From: an uncultured delta proteobacterium
GTDB lineage: Bacteria; Desulfobacterota; Binatia; UBA9968
Reading direction: 5' to 3'
DNA length: 64,000 nucleotides
NCBI GenBank assembly: GCA_963847445.1
Contig: CAWJZV010000046.1
Location: 192,001 to 256,000, forward strand
Both the position numbers and the translations under genes were made by a program. Positions 31,163 to 42,146 of this stretch are shown here, piece after piece (position 1 is the stretch's first letter; every line of letters begins with the position of its first letter). The notes under the pieces were generated by a model that saw only the letters and a list, made by a program, of their open reading frames with translations, did not search any database and was not told the DNA's origin.

Positions 31163-32222
31163 ATGCTGAGCTACGACGTTGTCGAATGGGGCAAGCCGCT
31201 CGAAAAGATCGAGCGCGACGACGCCGGTGCCGAAGGGCACGGAGGTGCTCGTCAAGCTCAAGTACTGCGGTGTGTGTCACAGCGACGTGCATATCCGCGA
31301 CGGCTATTTCGATCTCGGCGGCGGCAAGCGGTTGCACATGAGCGAGCGCGGCATGGCGCCGCCGGTGACCTTGGGGCATGAACCGTACGGAACGGTTATC
31401 GCTGCTGGACCGGATGCCGGCGGCGTTGCCGATCGGCGAAGATCGCTTGATTTTTCCGTGGATCGGTTGCGGCGACGTGTGTGCGTTGCCGCGAGGGATG
31501 GATAACTACTGCATGGCGCCGAACATGATCGGCATCCAGCGACCCGGTGGTTATGCCGATCACCTAATCGTGCCGCATCCGCGCTATCTCGATCGACGCC
31601 AGCGGCATCGATCCGGTGTGGGCGGCGACGTTGTCATGCTCGGGGTTGTCGACTTATGCGGCGGTGTCGAAGCTAAAGCCGATACCGTCAGACGAATGGG
31701 TCGCTGTCATCGGCGCCGGCGGATTAGGTTTGTCGGCCATCGGCATGTTACGCGCGCTCGGACATGAGCGAATCGTTTCAGTCGACATCGACGCTGACTA
31801 AACTGAATGCCGCTCAGGCGGCGGGAGCAGCTGCGACGCTCAATAGCCGGAAGAGCGATGCGCCGCAGAGTCTAAAAGATATTACCCAAGGCGCTCTCTA
31901 CGGCGCAGTCGATTTCGTCGGCAGCACGGAAACGGCTGAGTTGGTGCTCGGCGGATTGCGCAAAGGCGGCAAGCTTGATTCTCGTCGGCTTATTCGGCGG
32001 CGAGATCAAACTATCGATCGCCAGCACCATCCTGCGGGCGACTACGGTTCAAGGTTCCCACCTCGGCAGCGTGGAGGAATTGAAGACCGTTGTTGCGCTG
32101 GCGCGGGAAGGAAAAATTAAACCGATCCCGATTGAGACGCGGCCGACTGTCGGAAGTGAGTCGAACGTTGGATGAGTTGAAGGCGGGGTACGGTGATCGG
32201 CAGAGTCGTGGCAGAGGTTTAA
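31163..32222 (+). CDS. Zinc-binding alcohol dehydrogenase (multiple frameshifts)
   Basis: CGVCHSD, LGHE, PWIGCG, LSCSGLSTY and IGAGGLG. Confidence 0.88.
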
Positions 32223-32276
32223 TGGTTTCTGAGTGCAGTCATTGCTGGAAATATCGTCTCCAGGCTGCAGGCAGAG

Positions 32277-32410
32277 TCCGTCATCGTGGGGAGCGGTATC
32301 CAGGTTATGGCGATGAGGAATAGACCCCGGTCTTCACTGGAGTCGGCGATGAGGCCGGCTATGACGGAATAGATTGTCAACTTCCAGTAGACAAATTCGA
32401 CGAACCCTGA
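32277..32410. repeat. Degenerate REP/MITE-like element related to 36383-36495
   Basis: Both copies share ccgtcat...cggtatccagg...atgacggaa...aacttccagt..a.attc. Confidence 0.55.
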
Positions 32411-32504
32411 GGCTTGAAATGGACGGGCGATCAATGACGGGCGCGGTCGATCTGCGGATCCTGCATCGTATAATTAGCGCAGTGACTACATTGGGTCGTT
32501 AGCA

Positions 32505-33729
32505 ATGATACCTTCTGACAAAGACAAATCCTGGCGCTACGTCACCCTCGCCGCCGCGGCGATGCTGATGATCACCATGGGGGCGCGCCAGGCGCAGGGG
32601 TTGTTTGTCTTTCCCATTAGCGGATCGACCGGGGGTGGTATCGTCGCGATCAGTTTCGCCATGGCGGTGGGGCAGTTCATGTGGGGCGTGGCGCAGCCGG
32701 TCGCGGGGGCCGGCGGATCGCTTTGGCTCACCCCGCGTGTTGATTGGCGGCGTGCTGCTGCTTGCTGTCGGCACGGCATTGACGCCGTTTTTCACCAGTA
32801 GCGTGGGGCTTGGTGTTTACCATCGGTGTTCTCACAGCGGTCGGATCCGGCGCGGGCAGCTTTTCGGTGATGATCGGCACGGTGGCGCACCGTTTACCGC
32901 CGGACAGCGCGGCGACGGCGTCGGGATGATCACCGGCGGCGGTTCGTTCGGCCAATTCGTCTTTGCGCCGATTACCCAGACATTGATTTCGACTCTGGGG
33001 TTGGATGGGTGCGATGTGGTCGCTTGGAGCGCATCGCCTTGTTGGCGTTGCCGCTGGTGCAACCGATCATCGGCCCGGCGACGCCATAGCGGCGCGGTTG
33101 GCGTGCCAGTCGCGATGGCGGCATGATGCGCGAACGCTGCGCAAAGCTTTTGGCAACTCCAGTTATCTGTTGCTGCACGGCAGCTTTCTCACCTGCGGCT
33201 TTCATATCGCTTTTCTGGTCACTCATCTGCCGGGTGAAGTCGATCTCTGTGGTTTGCCGGCATCGGTGGCGAGCTGGTCGCTGGCGATCATCGGCTTGTC
33301 CAATATTGCCGGCAGCTTCGCCGCCGGGTGGATGCTCAATCACTTTCGCGGCAAGTATATTTTGTTCTGGCATGTACGGCTCGCGCACGTTGTTGATTTT
33401 GCTTTATCTCGCCGCGCCCAAAACCGAGTGGACGTTTTATCTGATGGCTGTCGGACTCGGCTTTTCATGGCTGGGAACGGCGCCGCCGACCGCCGGCGTG
33501 GTCGGCAAACTTATTCGGCACGCGTTACCTGGCGACGCTCTATGGCCTGACCATGTTGTCGCATCAGACCGGCGCGTTCTTCGGTGCGTGGCTGGGCGGG
33601 CTTGCGTTCGCGCATTACGGCAATTATTTGTCGATGTGGTATGCCGATGCCTTGTTCGCGGCGGTCGCGGCGCTATTGAATCTACCGATCCGCGAACCGC
33701 GAGTCGAACCCGCCGCGGTGCCGGCATAG
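32505..33729 (+). CDS. MFS transporter (multiple frameshifts)
   Basis: [34 protein letters not shown] and [14 protein letters not shown]. Confidence 0.85.
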
Positions 33730-33758
33730 ATTTAATTCGATCGGGAAGGATTTTTACA

Positions 33759-34076
33759 ATGTCTGAATTTACCAATGTCACGGTCATCAAAAAAGCCAAT
33801 GTTTACTTCGACGGCAAAGTCGTCAGTCGCACGGTGGTCTTTGCCGATGGCTCTAAGAAAACGCTGGGGATCATGCAGCCAGGTGAGTACGAGTTCGGCA
33901 CCGGCGACAAAGAGCTCATGGAAATCATCAGTGGTGAGTTGGATGTCGCTCTCCCCGGCGCCGCCAGCGCCAGGCCGGTGAAAGCGGGAGAGTCTTTCGA
34001 GGTGCCGGCGAATTCTAAATTCCGCATGGTGGTCAAAACGTTGACCGATTATTGCTGCACTTTCATCGCCTCCTAG
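33759..34076 (+). CDS. ppnP: Pyrimidine/purine nucleoside phosphorylase (DUF1255)
   Basis: [42 protein letters not shown] and DYCC. Confidence 0.9.
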   Translation: MSEFTNVTVIKKANVYFDGKVVSRTVVFADGSKKTLGIMQPGEYEFGTGDKELMEIISGELDVALPGAASARPVKAGESFEVPANSKFRMVVKTLTDYCCTFIAS

Positions 34077-34201
34077 CTGTTGGCATTCGCTAGCCCGCTA
34101 TTTCCTAATTCCATTTCGCAAAATTTGCCCCGGGCTGGCACGTCGATGGTGAGCCGTTCTCGCCGCCGGCCTCGACGTTCGGAAAATAGACTCGGACGGC
34201 T

Positions 34202-34238
34202 GCAACCGCGGTTGCCTCTAATTGTAACCTGCGGTTGC
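34202..34238. promoter_or_regulatory. Tandem palindromic sites, candidate enhancer (bEBP UAS)
   Basis: Perfect palindrome GCAACCGCGGTTGC (34202-34215) and related GTAACCTGCGGTTGC (34224-34238), about 80-110 bp upstream of a sigma54 box. Confidence 0.55.
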
Positions 34239-34313
34239 TGTGTGCCGCTCACTTTCGCAGTGAGCATTTTTCGTAATCCCCGTAATATCCTTTACTTACA
34301 TCGGTTTCCGCTG

Positions 34314-34330
34314 CTGGCACTCAGCTTGCT
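34314..34330 (+). promoter_or_regulatory. Sigma54 (-24/-12) promoter
   Basis: CTGGCAC-TCAGC-TTGCT matches TGGCAC-N5-TTGCW. Confidence 0.7.
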
Positions 34331-34369
34331 CCTAGGCTTGGGCAAAGTCTTGAAAGCGAGGGTGGTCAA

Positions 34370-35007
34370 TTGCTAGCAGCAAGACAACGATGCGACACTC
34401 CTGCCATAAGAGTTGAGCGCTATGCGGCCAGACCGGCGCGCTACTTTCCCTACGATCCCGAAGCGCCGCAGGTCGCCGCGCGGGTCATCGACGCGATTCT
34501 CGATTGTCGATCGACTCTATATGTCGATCATATTGGCAGCACGGCGGTGCCTGGTTGCGGCGGCAAGGGGATCATCGATTTGTTGGTATCTTATCCCGCG
34601 GGCGCGTTTTTCGTTGCCAGGGATGCACTCGATCAGGTGGGCTTTCAACCGCAGGGCGGCCCTGAGCCATTTCCCGAATCGCGGCCGATGCGTGTCGGGG
34701 CCGCGACCTATCGCGGCAAGGCGTATCTAATTCATGCTCATGTGATCCGCAGCGGCGACCGCGAGGGACAGGACCTCATCGGTTTCGTGATCGCTTGCGT
34801 GCCGATGCCGAGCTAGTGCAAGCCTACCAAGTGGAGAAATTGTCGATTCTCGCCAGCGGCATCACTGTTAGCACGGAGTATTCGAAGGCAAAGAGTGAAT
34901 TCATCCGCGGTGTGCTCGGCGCGGCTCATGGAACCAAGCCAGTTGCATCTTCTCGCACTGGATCGATTGCCTGCTCGCCGGCGTCGCAGATAGTTACCGC
35001 CCGATAA
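34370..35007 (+). CDS. GrpB/UPF0157 family protein (frameshift near 34790)
   Basis: PYDP, DHIGSTAVPGCGGKGIIDL, HAHV, FRD.LRA..EL..AY..EK and YSKAKSEFI. Confidence 0.82.
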
Positions 35008-35051
35008 GCCTGCCATTGAGAATCGCACCTGCTCGTGCCTATAGTGACGGT

Positions 35052-36260
35052 ATGCTATTTGCTAAGCTCGGTTTGTCCGACAAGGTTCTCGAAGGGGTTA
35101 AGGCGGCCGGTTACACCGACCCAACACCGATTCAGCTGCGCGCGATTCCGTTAGCGCTTGAAGGCCGCGATCTCATCGGCTCGGCACAGACCGGCACGGG
35201 TAAAACCGCCGCGTTCGCTTTGCCGATCATTTCTCGTCTCGGCCCGCATGGTAAAACCCGTGCCCTGATACTCGAGCCGACACGCGAGTTGGCGGCGCAG
35301 GTTGAAACCGCGTTTCATGATTATTCGCGCTTTACCGACCTGCGCACGGTCGTGTTGTTCGGCGGCACGGGCTACGGCAAGCAAGATCAAGCCTTGCGCC
35401 GCGGTACTGATGTTGTCGTCGCGACGCCGGGCCGGTTGCTCGATCAATTGCAGCGCCAGATGCTGCGCCTGAACGATATCGAATTCCTGGTTCTCGACGA
35501 AGCCGACCGCATGCTCGATATGGGCTTCATGCCCGACGTGCGCAAGATCGTCGACCGCGTGCCCAAGACCCGGCAGACCATGCTATTTTCGGCAACGATT
35601 CCCCCGGAGATCGATGCGCTGGTGCGCTGGGCGATGAAGAATCCCGAAACGATTCAGATCGGCCAGCGCCGTTCGCCCGCCGAAACCATCACCCACGCGC
35701 TTTATCCCGTCGATGTCGGGCAGAAACAAGAGCTGCTGGCGGAGCTGTTGGAGCGCACCGAATACGATCAAGTGTTGATCTTCTGCCGCACCAAGAACGG
35801 CGCCGACCGGGTGGCGCGCCGGCTCACGGAGAAGGGTCACTTGGTCGCGGTGCTGCATTCCAATCGCACCCAGCGCGAGCGCGAGCAGGCGCTCAATGGA
35901 TTCCGCAACGGCCGCTACGAAGTCATGGTCGCCACCGACATCGCCGCCCGCGGCATCGACGTCGAGCAGATCAGCCATGTGATCAATTACGATGTGCCGC
36001 ATCATCCGGAAGATTACGTCCATCGCATCGGCCGCACCGGCCGGGCGCAAAGCGTCGGCGATGCCTTCACCCTGATGACCGCCGAGGATCTCCAGGAAGT
36101 CGCCGCCATCGAGCATTTCATCGGCCAAAAGATTCCTCGGTTAAAAATAGAAAATTTCAACTACGCATTCACCCGTCTGCTCGATCCCAATCCCAAACCG
36201 ACCTTCGGCGCCCGCGCCGGCGCCAAACGTGCCTACGGGCCGGGCCGAGGCCGCTGGTAG
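35052..36260 (+). CDS. rhlE: DEAD-box ATP-dependent RNA helicase (RhlE-like)
   Basis: Q motif PTPIQ, AQTGTGKT, PTRELA, DEAD, SAT, ARGID and HRIGRTGR. Confidence 0.9.
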   Translation: MLFAKLGLSDKVLEGVKAAGYTDPTPIQLRAIPLALEGRDLIGSAQTGTGKTAAFALPIISRLGPHGKTRALILEPTRELAAQVETAFHDYSRFTDLRTVVLFGGTGYGKQDQALRRGTDVVVATPGRLLDQLQRQMLRLNDIEFLVLDEADRMLDMGFMPDVRKIVDRVPKTRQTMLFSATIPPEIDALVRWAMKNPETIQIGQRRSPAETITHALYPVDVGQKQELLAELLERTEYDQVLIFCRTKNGADRVARRLTEKGHLVAVLHSNRTQREREQALNGFRNGRYEVMVATDIAARGIDVEQISHVINYDVPHHPEDYVHRIGRTGRAQSVGDAFTLMTAEDLQEVAAIEHFIGQKIPRLKIENFNYAFTRLLDPNPKPTFGARAGAKRAYGPGRGRW

Positions 36261-36344
36261 CTCTTCCCATCCGATCCACGACTCGCGTCACTGAGTGGCG
36301 CTTGTTGGTTGTGAGTTTTAAATTACTGTTGACGAAGTAGTCTG

Positions 36345-36455
36345 CATGCCGGTGAAAACCGGCATTCAGGCGACCGGCAGCATCCGTCATACCGTTGAAG
36401 AACGGTATCCAGGTGGATGTTGGGTCTGGATTCCGGCCTGCGCCGGAATGACGGA
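36345..36455. repeat. REP-like palindromes (GTCAT.CCGG..CCGG.ATCC family)
   Basis: catgccggtgaaaaccggcattc, gtcataccgttgaagaacggtatccag and ctggattccggcctgcgccggaatgac; related copies at 42007-42083 and 47009-47112. Confidence 0.8.
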
Positions 36456-36544
36456 AATCAGAGCGAACTTCCAGTCAATATATTCAAAATCCCTCGGTTC
36501 TTGCAGCTAAGCGTGTTTAGGCTTAACAATTCCCAACCGCCGCA

Positions 36545-37597
36545 TTATTGAACGAACAATTTCTTGATCTGTTCGGTCACTTCCGCCGGTTGCTTGATGA
36601 TGTCGACGGCGGTTTTCTGCAATTGCTCGCCGCGCAGGGGCGCGATTTCGATGGAAAGCTTTTTCGCTTCAGCGAGTAATTCCGGGTCTTTCGAAGCTCT
36701 TTCGTAGCCGTCGCGCAGGATTTTGACGCGGTCGGCCGGGGTCGCCGGCGGGGCGATCAGCGGCCTTGCCCATTCGCCGCCTTGGAGCATCGCCTCGGCG
36801 ACGCGCCGCTTGGTCGCGGCGGTTTTGTATTCGTCCATCAATTCGTAGATCGTCGGCGCATCGGGGATGCGCGGCGAACGCTTGTGGCCGCTCTGGGCGA
36901 GGAAACGGACGAACTTGGTCTTGAGCCAGCTTAAAAATGGCTCGCGGCCGTAGTACGTGGCGATCGTCAATCCCATGCAGGCGACCTCGCCGCGCTCCAT
37001 GGCCAGGGCGATCTCGCTGCTGCCGGGATAGCCGGTGACATGGCCGACCTTCATGCCGACGGTTTCTTCGAGGATCTTCGACATGACGTAATCCGAACTG
37101 CCGACGCCGGTAGAGCCGCATTTGGGCGGCTCTTTCGAGCGAATGATGTCGGCGACGGATCTGAACGGCGCGTCGGCGCGGGCAAACATGATCATGTCGT
37201 CGTTCTCCAAGGAGCCGATCCACTGAAATTTGGTCAGGTCGAACTTTACTTCCTTCTGGCCGGAGAGCTGGGCCAGATAAAAATTATTGTGCGGCGCCAA
37301 CAAAGTCAGTCCATCCGGTTTGGCCACTCCCCAGACATAATTGGCGGCGGTTACCGAACCGGCGCCGGGCATGTTTTGCACGGCGAAATCGGGATTGCCG
37401 GGGATGTACCTGCCCATGTAGCGGGAAACTAAACGGGCGGCGCGATCGTAGCCGCCACCGGTGCTGAGGCCGACGACGATGCGGATCTGTTTGCCTTTGA
37501 AGAACGACTCCTGGGCGTGCAGGGCTTGTGACGGCCATGCCGCGGCCATCATGAGCATCAGGCCGGCCCAGATCATTTTGTCGCGTTGTATCATCAT
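36545..37597 (-). CDS. Tripartite tricarboxylate transporter substrate-binding protein (Bug/TctC)
   Basis: Signal peptide, GGGYD, VQNMPGAGS, AKPDGLTL and GYPGSSEIALAMERGE. Confidence 0.88.
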   Translation of the reverse strand: MMIQRDKMIWAGLMLMMAAAWPSQALHAQESFFKGKQIRIVVGLSTGGGYDRAARLVSRYMGRYIPGNPDFAVQNMPGAGSVTAANYVWGVAKPDGLTLLAPHNNFYLAQLSGQKEVKFDLTKFQWIGSLENDDMIMFARADAPFRSVADIIRSKEPPKCGSTGVGSSDYVMSKILEETVGMKVGHVTGYPGSSEIALAMERGEVACMGLTIATYYGREPFLSWLKTKFVRFLAQSGHKRSPRIPDAPTIYELMDEYKTAATKRRVAEAMLQGGEWARPLIAPPATPADRVKILRDGYERASKDPELLAEAKKLSIEIAPLRGEQLQKTAVDIIKQPAEVTEQIKKLFVQ

Positions 37598-37773
37598 TTC
37601 TCCTCCGCGTTTTTGACAAGATCTCTCGCGCTGCAAATATAAAGCGTCGGGCGTGCAATGCAACCATGAATTGCAGCTCTGCTTGACAGCGGATTGATCG
37701 CCGGGCGATATTCAGATCACGCTCGATCTTAGCGCCGCAATTTACTCAAGCCAAGCCAGTATGAAAGATTTGA

Positions 37774-38416
37774 ATGTACTTACCCAGTCACTTTGAAGAG
37801 ACTCGCACAGAAGTCTTGCACCAGTTGATGCACGAGCGGCCGCTGGCGACGCTGGTGACATTGGCGGCCGCGGGACTCAACGCCAATCATCTGCCCTTCG
37901 AACTCGACAGCGAGCCGCTGCCCAACGGTACGCTACGCTGTCATGTCGCCCGGGCCAATCCGGTATGGCGCGACTATTCCCGCGACACCGAAGCGTTGGT
38001 GATTTTTCATGGGCCGCAGGTTTACATTTCGCCGTCTTGGTATGAGACCAAGAAACAGAGCGGCGAAGTCGTGCCGACCTATAACTATGCCGTCGTCCAC
38101 GCCTATGGCGCGCTGCGAATAATTGACGACCGCGCGTGGCTGCGCGGCTTGGTGACGCGCTTGACCGAGCGCTTCGAAAGCGCCAGCTCGGCGCCCTGGC
38201 AAGTGAGCGATGCGCCGGAGGATTTTATCGACAAACAGTTGGGCGCCATCGTTGGCATCGAGATCGCGATTACAAAATTAGCCGGCAAATGGAAGGTCAG
38301 CCAAAATCGCCCGGCGCTGGATCGCGCCGGTGTCGTCGAAGCCTTGAGTGAAACCGCCGAGCGCCGACAGTTTGGCCATCGCGCAAATGATTAAAGAACG
38401 TTTCAAGTCGTCGTAA
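37774..38416 (+). CDS. PaiB-like FMN-binding split-barrel protein (C-terminal frameshift)
   Basis: MYLPSHF, HVARANP, YISPSWY, VPTYNY.VVH and KWKVSQNR. Confidence 0.88.
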
Positions 38417-38492
38417 CCTCTGACAAACCATGCGAGGCTTTGCAGCGCCGATGGTAGCGCGGTAAAGTCCTGGCAACCAGGTTACAACTTCG

Positions 38493-38870
38493 ATGCTCTC
38501 GGCGGTTTACTTACTCCTTGGCGGAATCCTATTACTTGTCACCTTGGGCCGGGTGGTCGTCCGCGGCGGCGCCAGAGGAACGGACTGGGCGCTCGAAACC
38601 GCGTTTATCCGTCTCGACTTCCCGCCTGAACATAGAGCCGTGGCGCAGCAACTCGCCGCCGGCCTCGCTGAAGTCGTCGGCATGAAGATCAAGCAGTTGA
38701 CGCCGGACCATAATCTCGCCCAAATCGCCGATTGGGCCGATGACCGGATCTACGCCAAGGATCTGATCACGCTGTTCGTCGTCGCCTTTAACGTCCGATG
38801 CGATTCGAACACCACCTTTCGCGCCTTGGTCGAGAAGGTTGCCGAGAAGAAAGCCGACGGATGGCGGTAA
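38493..38870 (+). CDS. Hypothetical protein with N-terminal membrane anchor and ACP-like helical C-terminus
   Basis: TM helix VYLLLGGILLLVTLG, then LAEVVGMKIKQLTPDHNL...AFNV...TFRALVEKV. Confidence 0.6.
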   Translation: MLSAVYLLLGGILLLVTLGRVVVRGGARGTDWALETAFIRLDFPPEHRAVAQQLAAGLAEVVGMKIKQLTPDHNLAQIADWADDRIYAKDLITLFVVAFNVRCDSNTTFRALVEKVAEKKADGWR

Positions 38871-39010
38871 GACGGCGGTGTAATGGACTGTTGGGCAAAC
38901 TTTGTCTGTGCCTGAGGCTACGAACGGAGAATCTGACGGTTGGCAGTGATCACTTGCCGGCGACGCGTGCGATGCCATACTGATCATCGACTCCTGAGCA
39001 CTATTTAACC

Positions 39011-39682
39011 ATGATCAAGGCGCTGATCTTCGATTTCGACGGCATCATAATTGATAGCGAAAGTCCGGAACTATTGGCTTGGCAGGAAGTCTTTGCTGCC
39101 CGTGGGCGGGAGCTCGATTTGGACGTCTGGGCCGATCTGGTTGGCCGGCCGCGCAATCACTTCGATCTCTACAGATATTTTCAAGAGCATATCGATCCCG
39201 TCGCCGACATCGATGCGTTGCGCATCGAGCGGCGCGCTCGGGTCATCGCGTTGACGGAGGCGCAACCGGTATTGCCGGGAGTGGAGGATTACTTGCGCGG
39301 CGCTTTCGATCTCGGTTTGAAAATTGGCATGGCGTCCAGTTCTTCGGCGAACCATGTGCGCGGACACTTGCAAAGGCTCGAGCTCCTGCAATACTTTCAC
39401 ACGACCAAATGTTTCGAGGACACCGAAGCGCATAAGCCCGAGCCGGCGCCCTATCGGGCGGTGCTCGACGAGCTCGGCGTCGCTCCTCATGAAGCAGTGG
39501 CGTTCGAGGATTCGCCCAACGGCGTGACCGCAGCGCGGGCGGCTGGCATCTTTTGCGTCGCCGTGCCCAATCCGGTGACCTGTCGCTTGCCGCTCGATCA
39601 TGCCGATCATCGCTTGGCTTCGCTCGCCGATGAAGCGCTCGAACAAGTCCTGATGCGGGCGCTTGCGAAAATTACATCGTGA
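39011..39682 (+). CDS. HAD family phosphatase (beta-phosphoglucomutase-like)
   Basis: IFDFDGIIIDSE, ASSS, KPEPAPY and FEDSPNG. Confidence 0.9.
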   Translation: MIKALIFDFDGIIIDSESPELLAWQEVFAARGRELDLDVWADLVGRPRNHFDLYRYFQEHIDPVADIDALRIERRARVIALTEAQPVLPGVEDYLRGAFDLGLKIGMASSSSANHVRGHLQRLELLQYFHTTKCFEDTEAHKPEPAPYRAVLDELGVAPHEAVAFEDSPNGVTAARAAGIFCVAVPNPVTCRLPLDHADHRLASLADEALEQVLMRALAKITS

Positions 39683-39819
39683 ACGGCGAAATTTGGCGCA
39701 TGTTACTTTGGCCGGCAACTTCATGCCTTATGGGTACCGTTGGAGTTGCGCCGGCTTCGATCTGGTCGTCGCCGGTTATGTCCAGGGACGATTTGCCAAG
39801 TCATAGAAAAGGAAATGTC

Positions 39820-40815
39820 ATGCTCCACCTGTTCAGCTTCATTGTCGCGATTCTTATCGGTTTTGTTTGGCTCATTGCTCCCGTGGCGGCGCAGTCTTTG
39901 GAGAAACTGCGCTTGGTCTACAGCGCCATCGGCGGATCGCAAGCGTCCTTCTGGGTTCCCTACGAAGCCGGCATCTTCCGCAAGCACGGCCTCGACGTCG
40001 AACTGCTCTATGTCGCTGGCGGCGGGCGCGCGGCGCAAGTGGTGCAGTCGGGCGAGGTGCCCATCGGTGTTTTTACCGGCGGCGCGGTGATCAATTCCAA
40101 CCTCGCCGGCGGCGATCTCGTCGTCATCGCCAGTTCGATGAACGTCATGACGTTCGTTGTCATGGCGCGCCCGGAGATTCGCCGCGTCGAGGATCTCAAG
40201 GGTAAAAAGATCGGTGTGTCGCGCTTCGGCTCAGCCACCGATTTCGGTCTGCGTTACGTCGAAGAGCAGTGGCCGATCAAGCGCCAACGCGATTTTGCCG
40301 TGCTCCAGATGGGCGGCGTCACCGATGTTTACAACGCACTGCGCGCCGGCGTGCTCGACGCCGCGGTGATTAATGCCGAGCTGGCGATTCTCGGCCGCCG
40401 CGAAGGTTTTCGCGAACTCGCCGACATCGCCAAGATGGGCATTAATTTCCCCACGTCCTCGGTGATCACCACCCGTTCGTATATCAAGCGCAACGAAAAC
40501 ACGGTTCGCAAGTTCATCCGCGGCTTCGTCGAGGGCGTGCACTACGGCAAGACCCAGCGCGCGCCGACGATCAAAATCATGATGAAATACCTGCGCAGCA
40601 GCGACGCGGCGATGTTCAACGAGCTCTACGACATGTATATCCTGCAAAATATTCCGCGCATCCCGCGGCCGTCGCCGGAATCACTGAAGACCGTCATCGA
40701 CCAAATGGCCGAAACCGACCCGCGTGTCGCCAATCTGAAACCGGAACAATTCATCGACGGACGGTTTTTCGCGGAACTGGAGAAAGAAGGGTTTATTCAA
40801 AAACTGTGGAAGTGA
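39820..40815 (+). CDS. ABC-type substrate-binding protein, NMT1/SsuA-like
   Basis: Signal peptide, GIFRKHGLDVEL and DLKGKKIGVSRFGSATD. Confidence 0.88.
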   Translation: MLHLFSFIVAILIGFVWLIAPVAAQSLEKLRLVYSAIGGSQASFWVPYEAGIFRKHGLDVELLYVAGGGRAAQVVQSGEVPIGVFTGGAVINSNLAGGDLVVIASSMNVMTFVVMARPEIRRVEDLKGKKIGVSRFGSATDFGLRYVEEQWPIKRQRDFAVLQMGGVTDVYNALRAGVLDAAVINAELAILGRREGFRELADIAKMGINFPTSSVITTRSYIKRNENTVRKFIRGFVEGVHYGKTQRAPTIKIMMKYLRSSDAAMFNELYDMYILQNIPRIPRPSPESLKTVIDQMAETDPRVANLKPEQFIDGRFFAELEKEGFIQKLWK

Positions 40816-40843
40816 TCGATAACGCTCGAAGGAGACGAAAGTG

Positions 40844-41297
40844 ATGAAATACGCAAGTGTCGTGGTCATACTGCTAATTTTTTGTAGTCCAAACGCAGTC
40901 TGGGGCGCCGACGGACTTATTGCTATTGAAAAGTCCGCACGGCGCGAAGGCGACGATGGATCGGCTGGAAAACATCGTTAAGGAACGCGGACTGATTGTC
41001 TTTAACCGCATCGATCATGCCGCCGGCGCCGCTAAGATCGGCAAGACTCTGCGCACTACGGAGCTTTTGATTTTCGGTAATCCCTCCGGTGGTACGCCGC
41101 TGATGGAATGCGAACAGACCTCTGGCATCGATCTGCCGCTCAAAGCGTTGGTCTGGCAGGATGCGGCGGGTCAGGTATGGCTAGGTTACAACGATCCGGC
41201 GTTCTTGGCTCAGCGCCACGGCGTGGCGAGCTGCCCTGTGGTCGGGAATCTACAAAAAGCGCTCGCCGGCTTCGCCCAGGCGGCGGTTGGGCCGTAA
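40844..41297 (+). CDS. DUF302 domain protein with signal peptide (frameshift near 40927)
   Basis: RIDHAAGA, LLIFGNPSGGTPLM, GIDLPLKALVW and YNDP. Confidence 0.85.
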
Positions 41298-41356
41298 CTT
41301 GTGGGTTCAGCGATTGAGTGTTGCAACGTAAGTTCAATTCCCAATGCTCGGTGCAA

Positions 41357-41950
41357 ATGAACATGCCAAATAGAAAAATCTGCATCTTTACCGGCTCTCG
41401 CCCTGGGCTTCGTCCGGAGTATGCCGCCGCTGCCAAGCAGCTCGGCCGCGAACTGGTCGAGCGCGGCTACGGCCTTGTCTATGGCGGCGGCAAAGTCGGG
41501 TTGATGACGGTGATCGCCGACACGGTTCTGGAATTGAACGGCCATGTCACCGGTGTGATTCCCAGTTCACTGGTCAGCAAAGAAGTTGCGCACTTGGGCT
41601 TATCGGATTTGCGCGTGGTCGATTCGATGCATGAGCGCAAGGCGCAGATGGCCGAGTTGTCCGACGGTTTTATCGCCATGCCGGGCGGTATCGGCACCAT
41701 GGAAGAGTTGTTCGAGGTTCTCAGTTGGGCGCAGTTGGGGTTGCATGAGAAGCCCTGCGCGTTGTTGAATGTTGCGGGATATTACGATCCGCTCATTCAG
41801 TTTCTCGATCAAGGTGTCGAGCAGGATTTTATTAAGGCGAAGCATCGCGCGTTGTTGATTGTGGAAAGCGATCCTGGCGCGTTGCTTGATCGATTCGCCA
41901 AATTGATTGCCGTTCATCCGGCGAAAACATTTGATGCCAAGGTGACGTAG
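41357..41950 (+). CDS. LOG family nucleotide phosphoribohydrolase (TIGR00730)
   Basis: LVYGGGKVGLM, MHERK and PGGIGTMEE. Confidence 0.9.
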   Translation: MNMPNRKICIFTGSRPGLRPEYAAAAKQLGRELVERGYGLVYGGGKVGLMTVIADTVLELNGHVTGVIPSSLVSKEVAHLGLSDLRVVDSMHERKAQMAELSDGFIAMPGGIGTMEELFEVLSWAQLGLHEKPCALLNVAGYYDPLIQFLDQGVEQDFIKAKHRALLIVESDPGALLDRFAKLIAVHPAKTFDAKVT

Positions 41951-42006
41951 GTTAAGAATTTTTCGATGATGAGTGTAGTCCGTCAGCTTTAAGCGAATAG
42001 ATAGTT

Positions 42007-42083
42007 TGTCATGCCGGCGCAGGCCGGCATCCAGGTTCGCTTCGAGTTCAAAAGAATGGATTCCGGCCTTCGCCGGAATGACG
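42007..42083. repeat. REP-like inverted pair
   Basis: gtcatgccggcgcaggccggcatcca ... tggattccggccttcgccggaatgac. Confidence 0.8.
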
Positions 42084-42146
42084 AAAAGAGGAGTCGGCTT
42101 CGAGTCGACGAACTAAACGACGAGGCGGTAACAAAAAATCGGAAGA

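Noticed and set aside
34338-34368. GGGCAAA...GAAA resembling a c-di-GMP-I riboswitch
   Set aside because: It lacks the GACGCAAA junction, the second stem and the tetraloop receptor.
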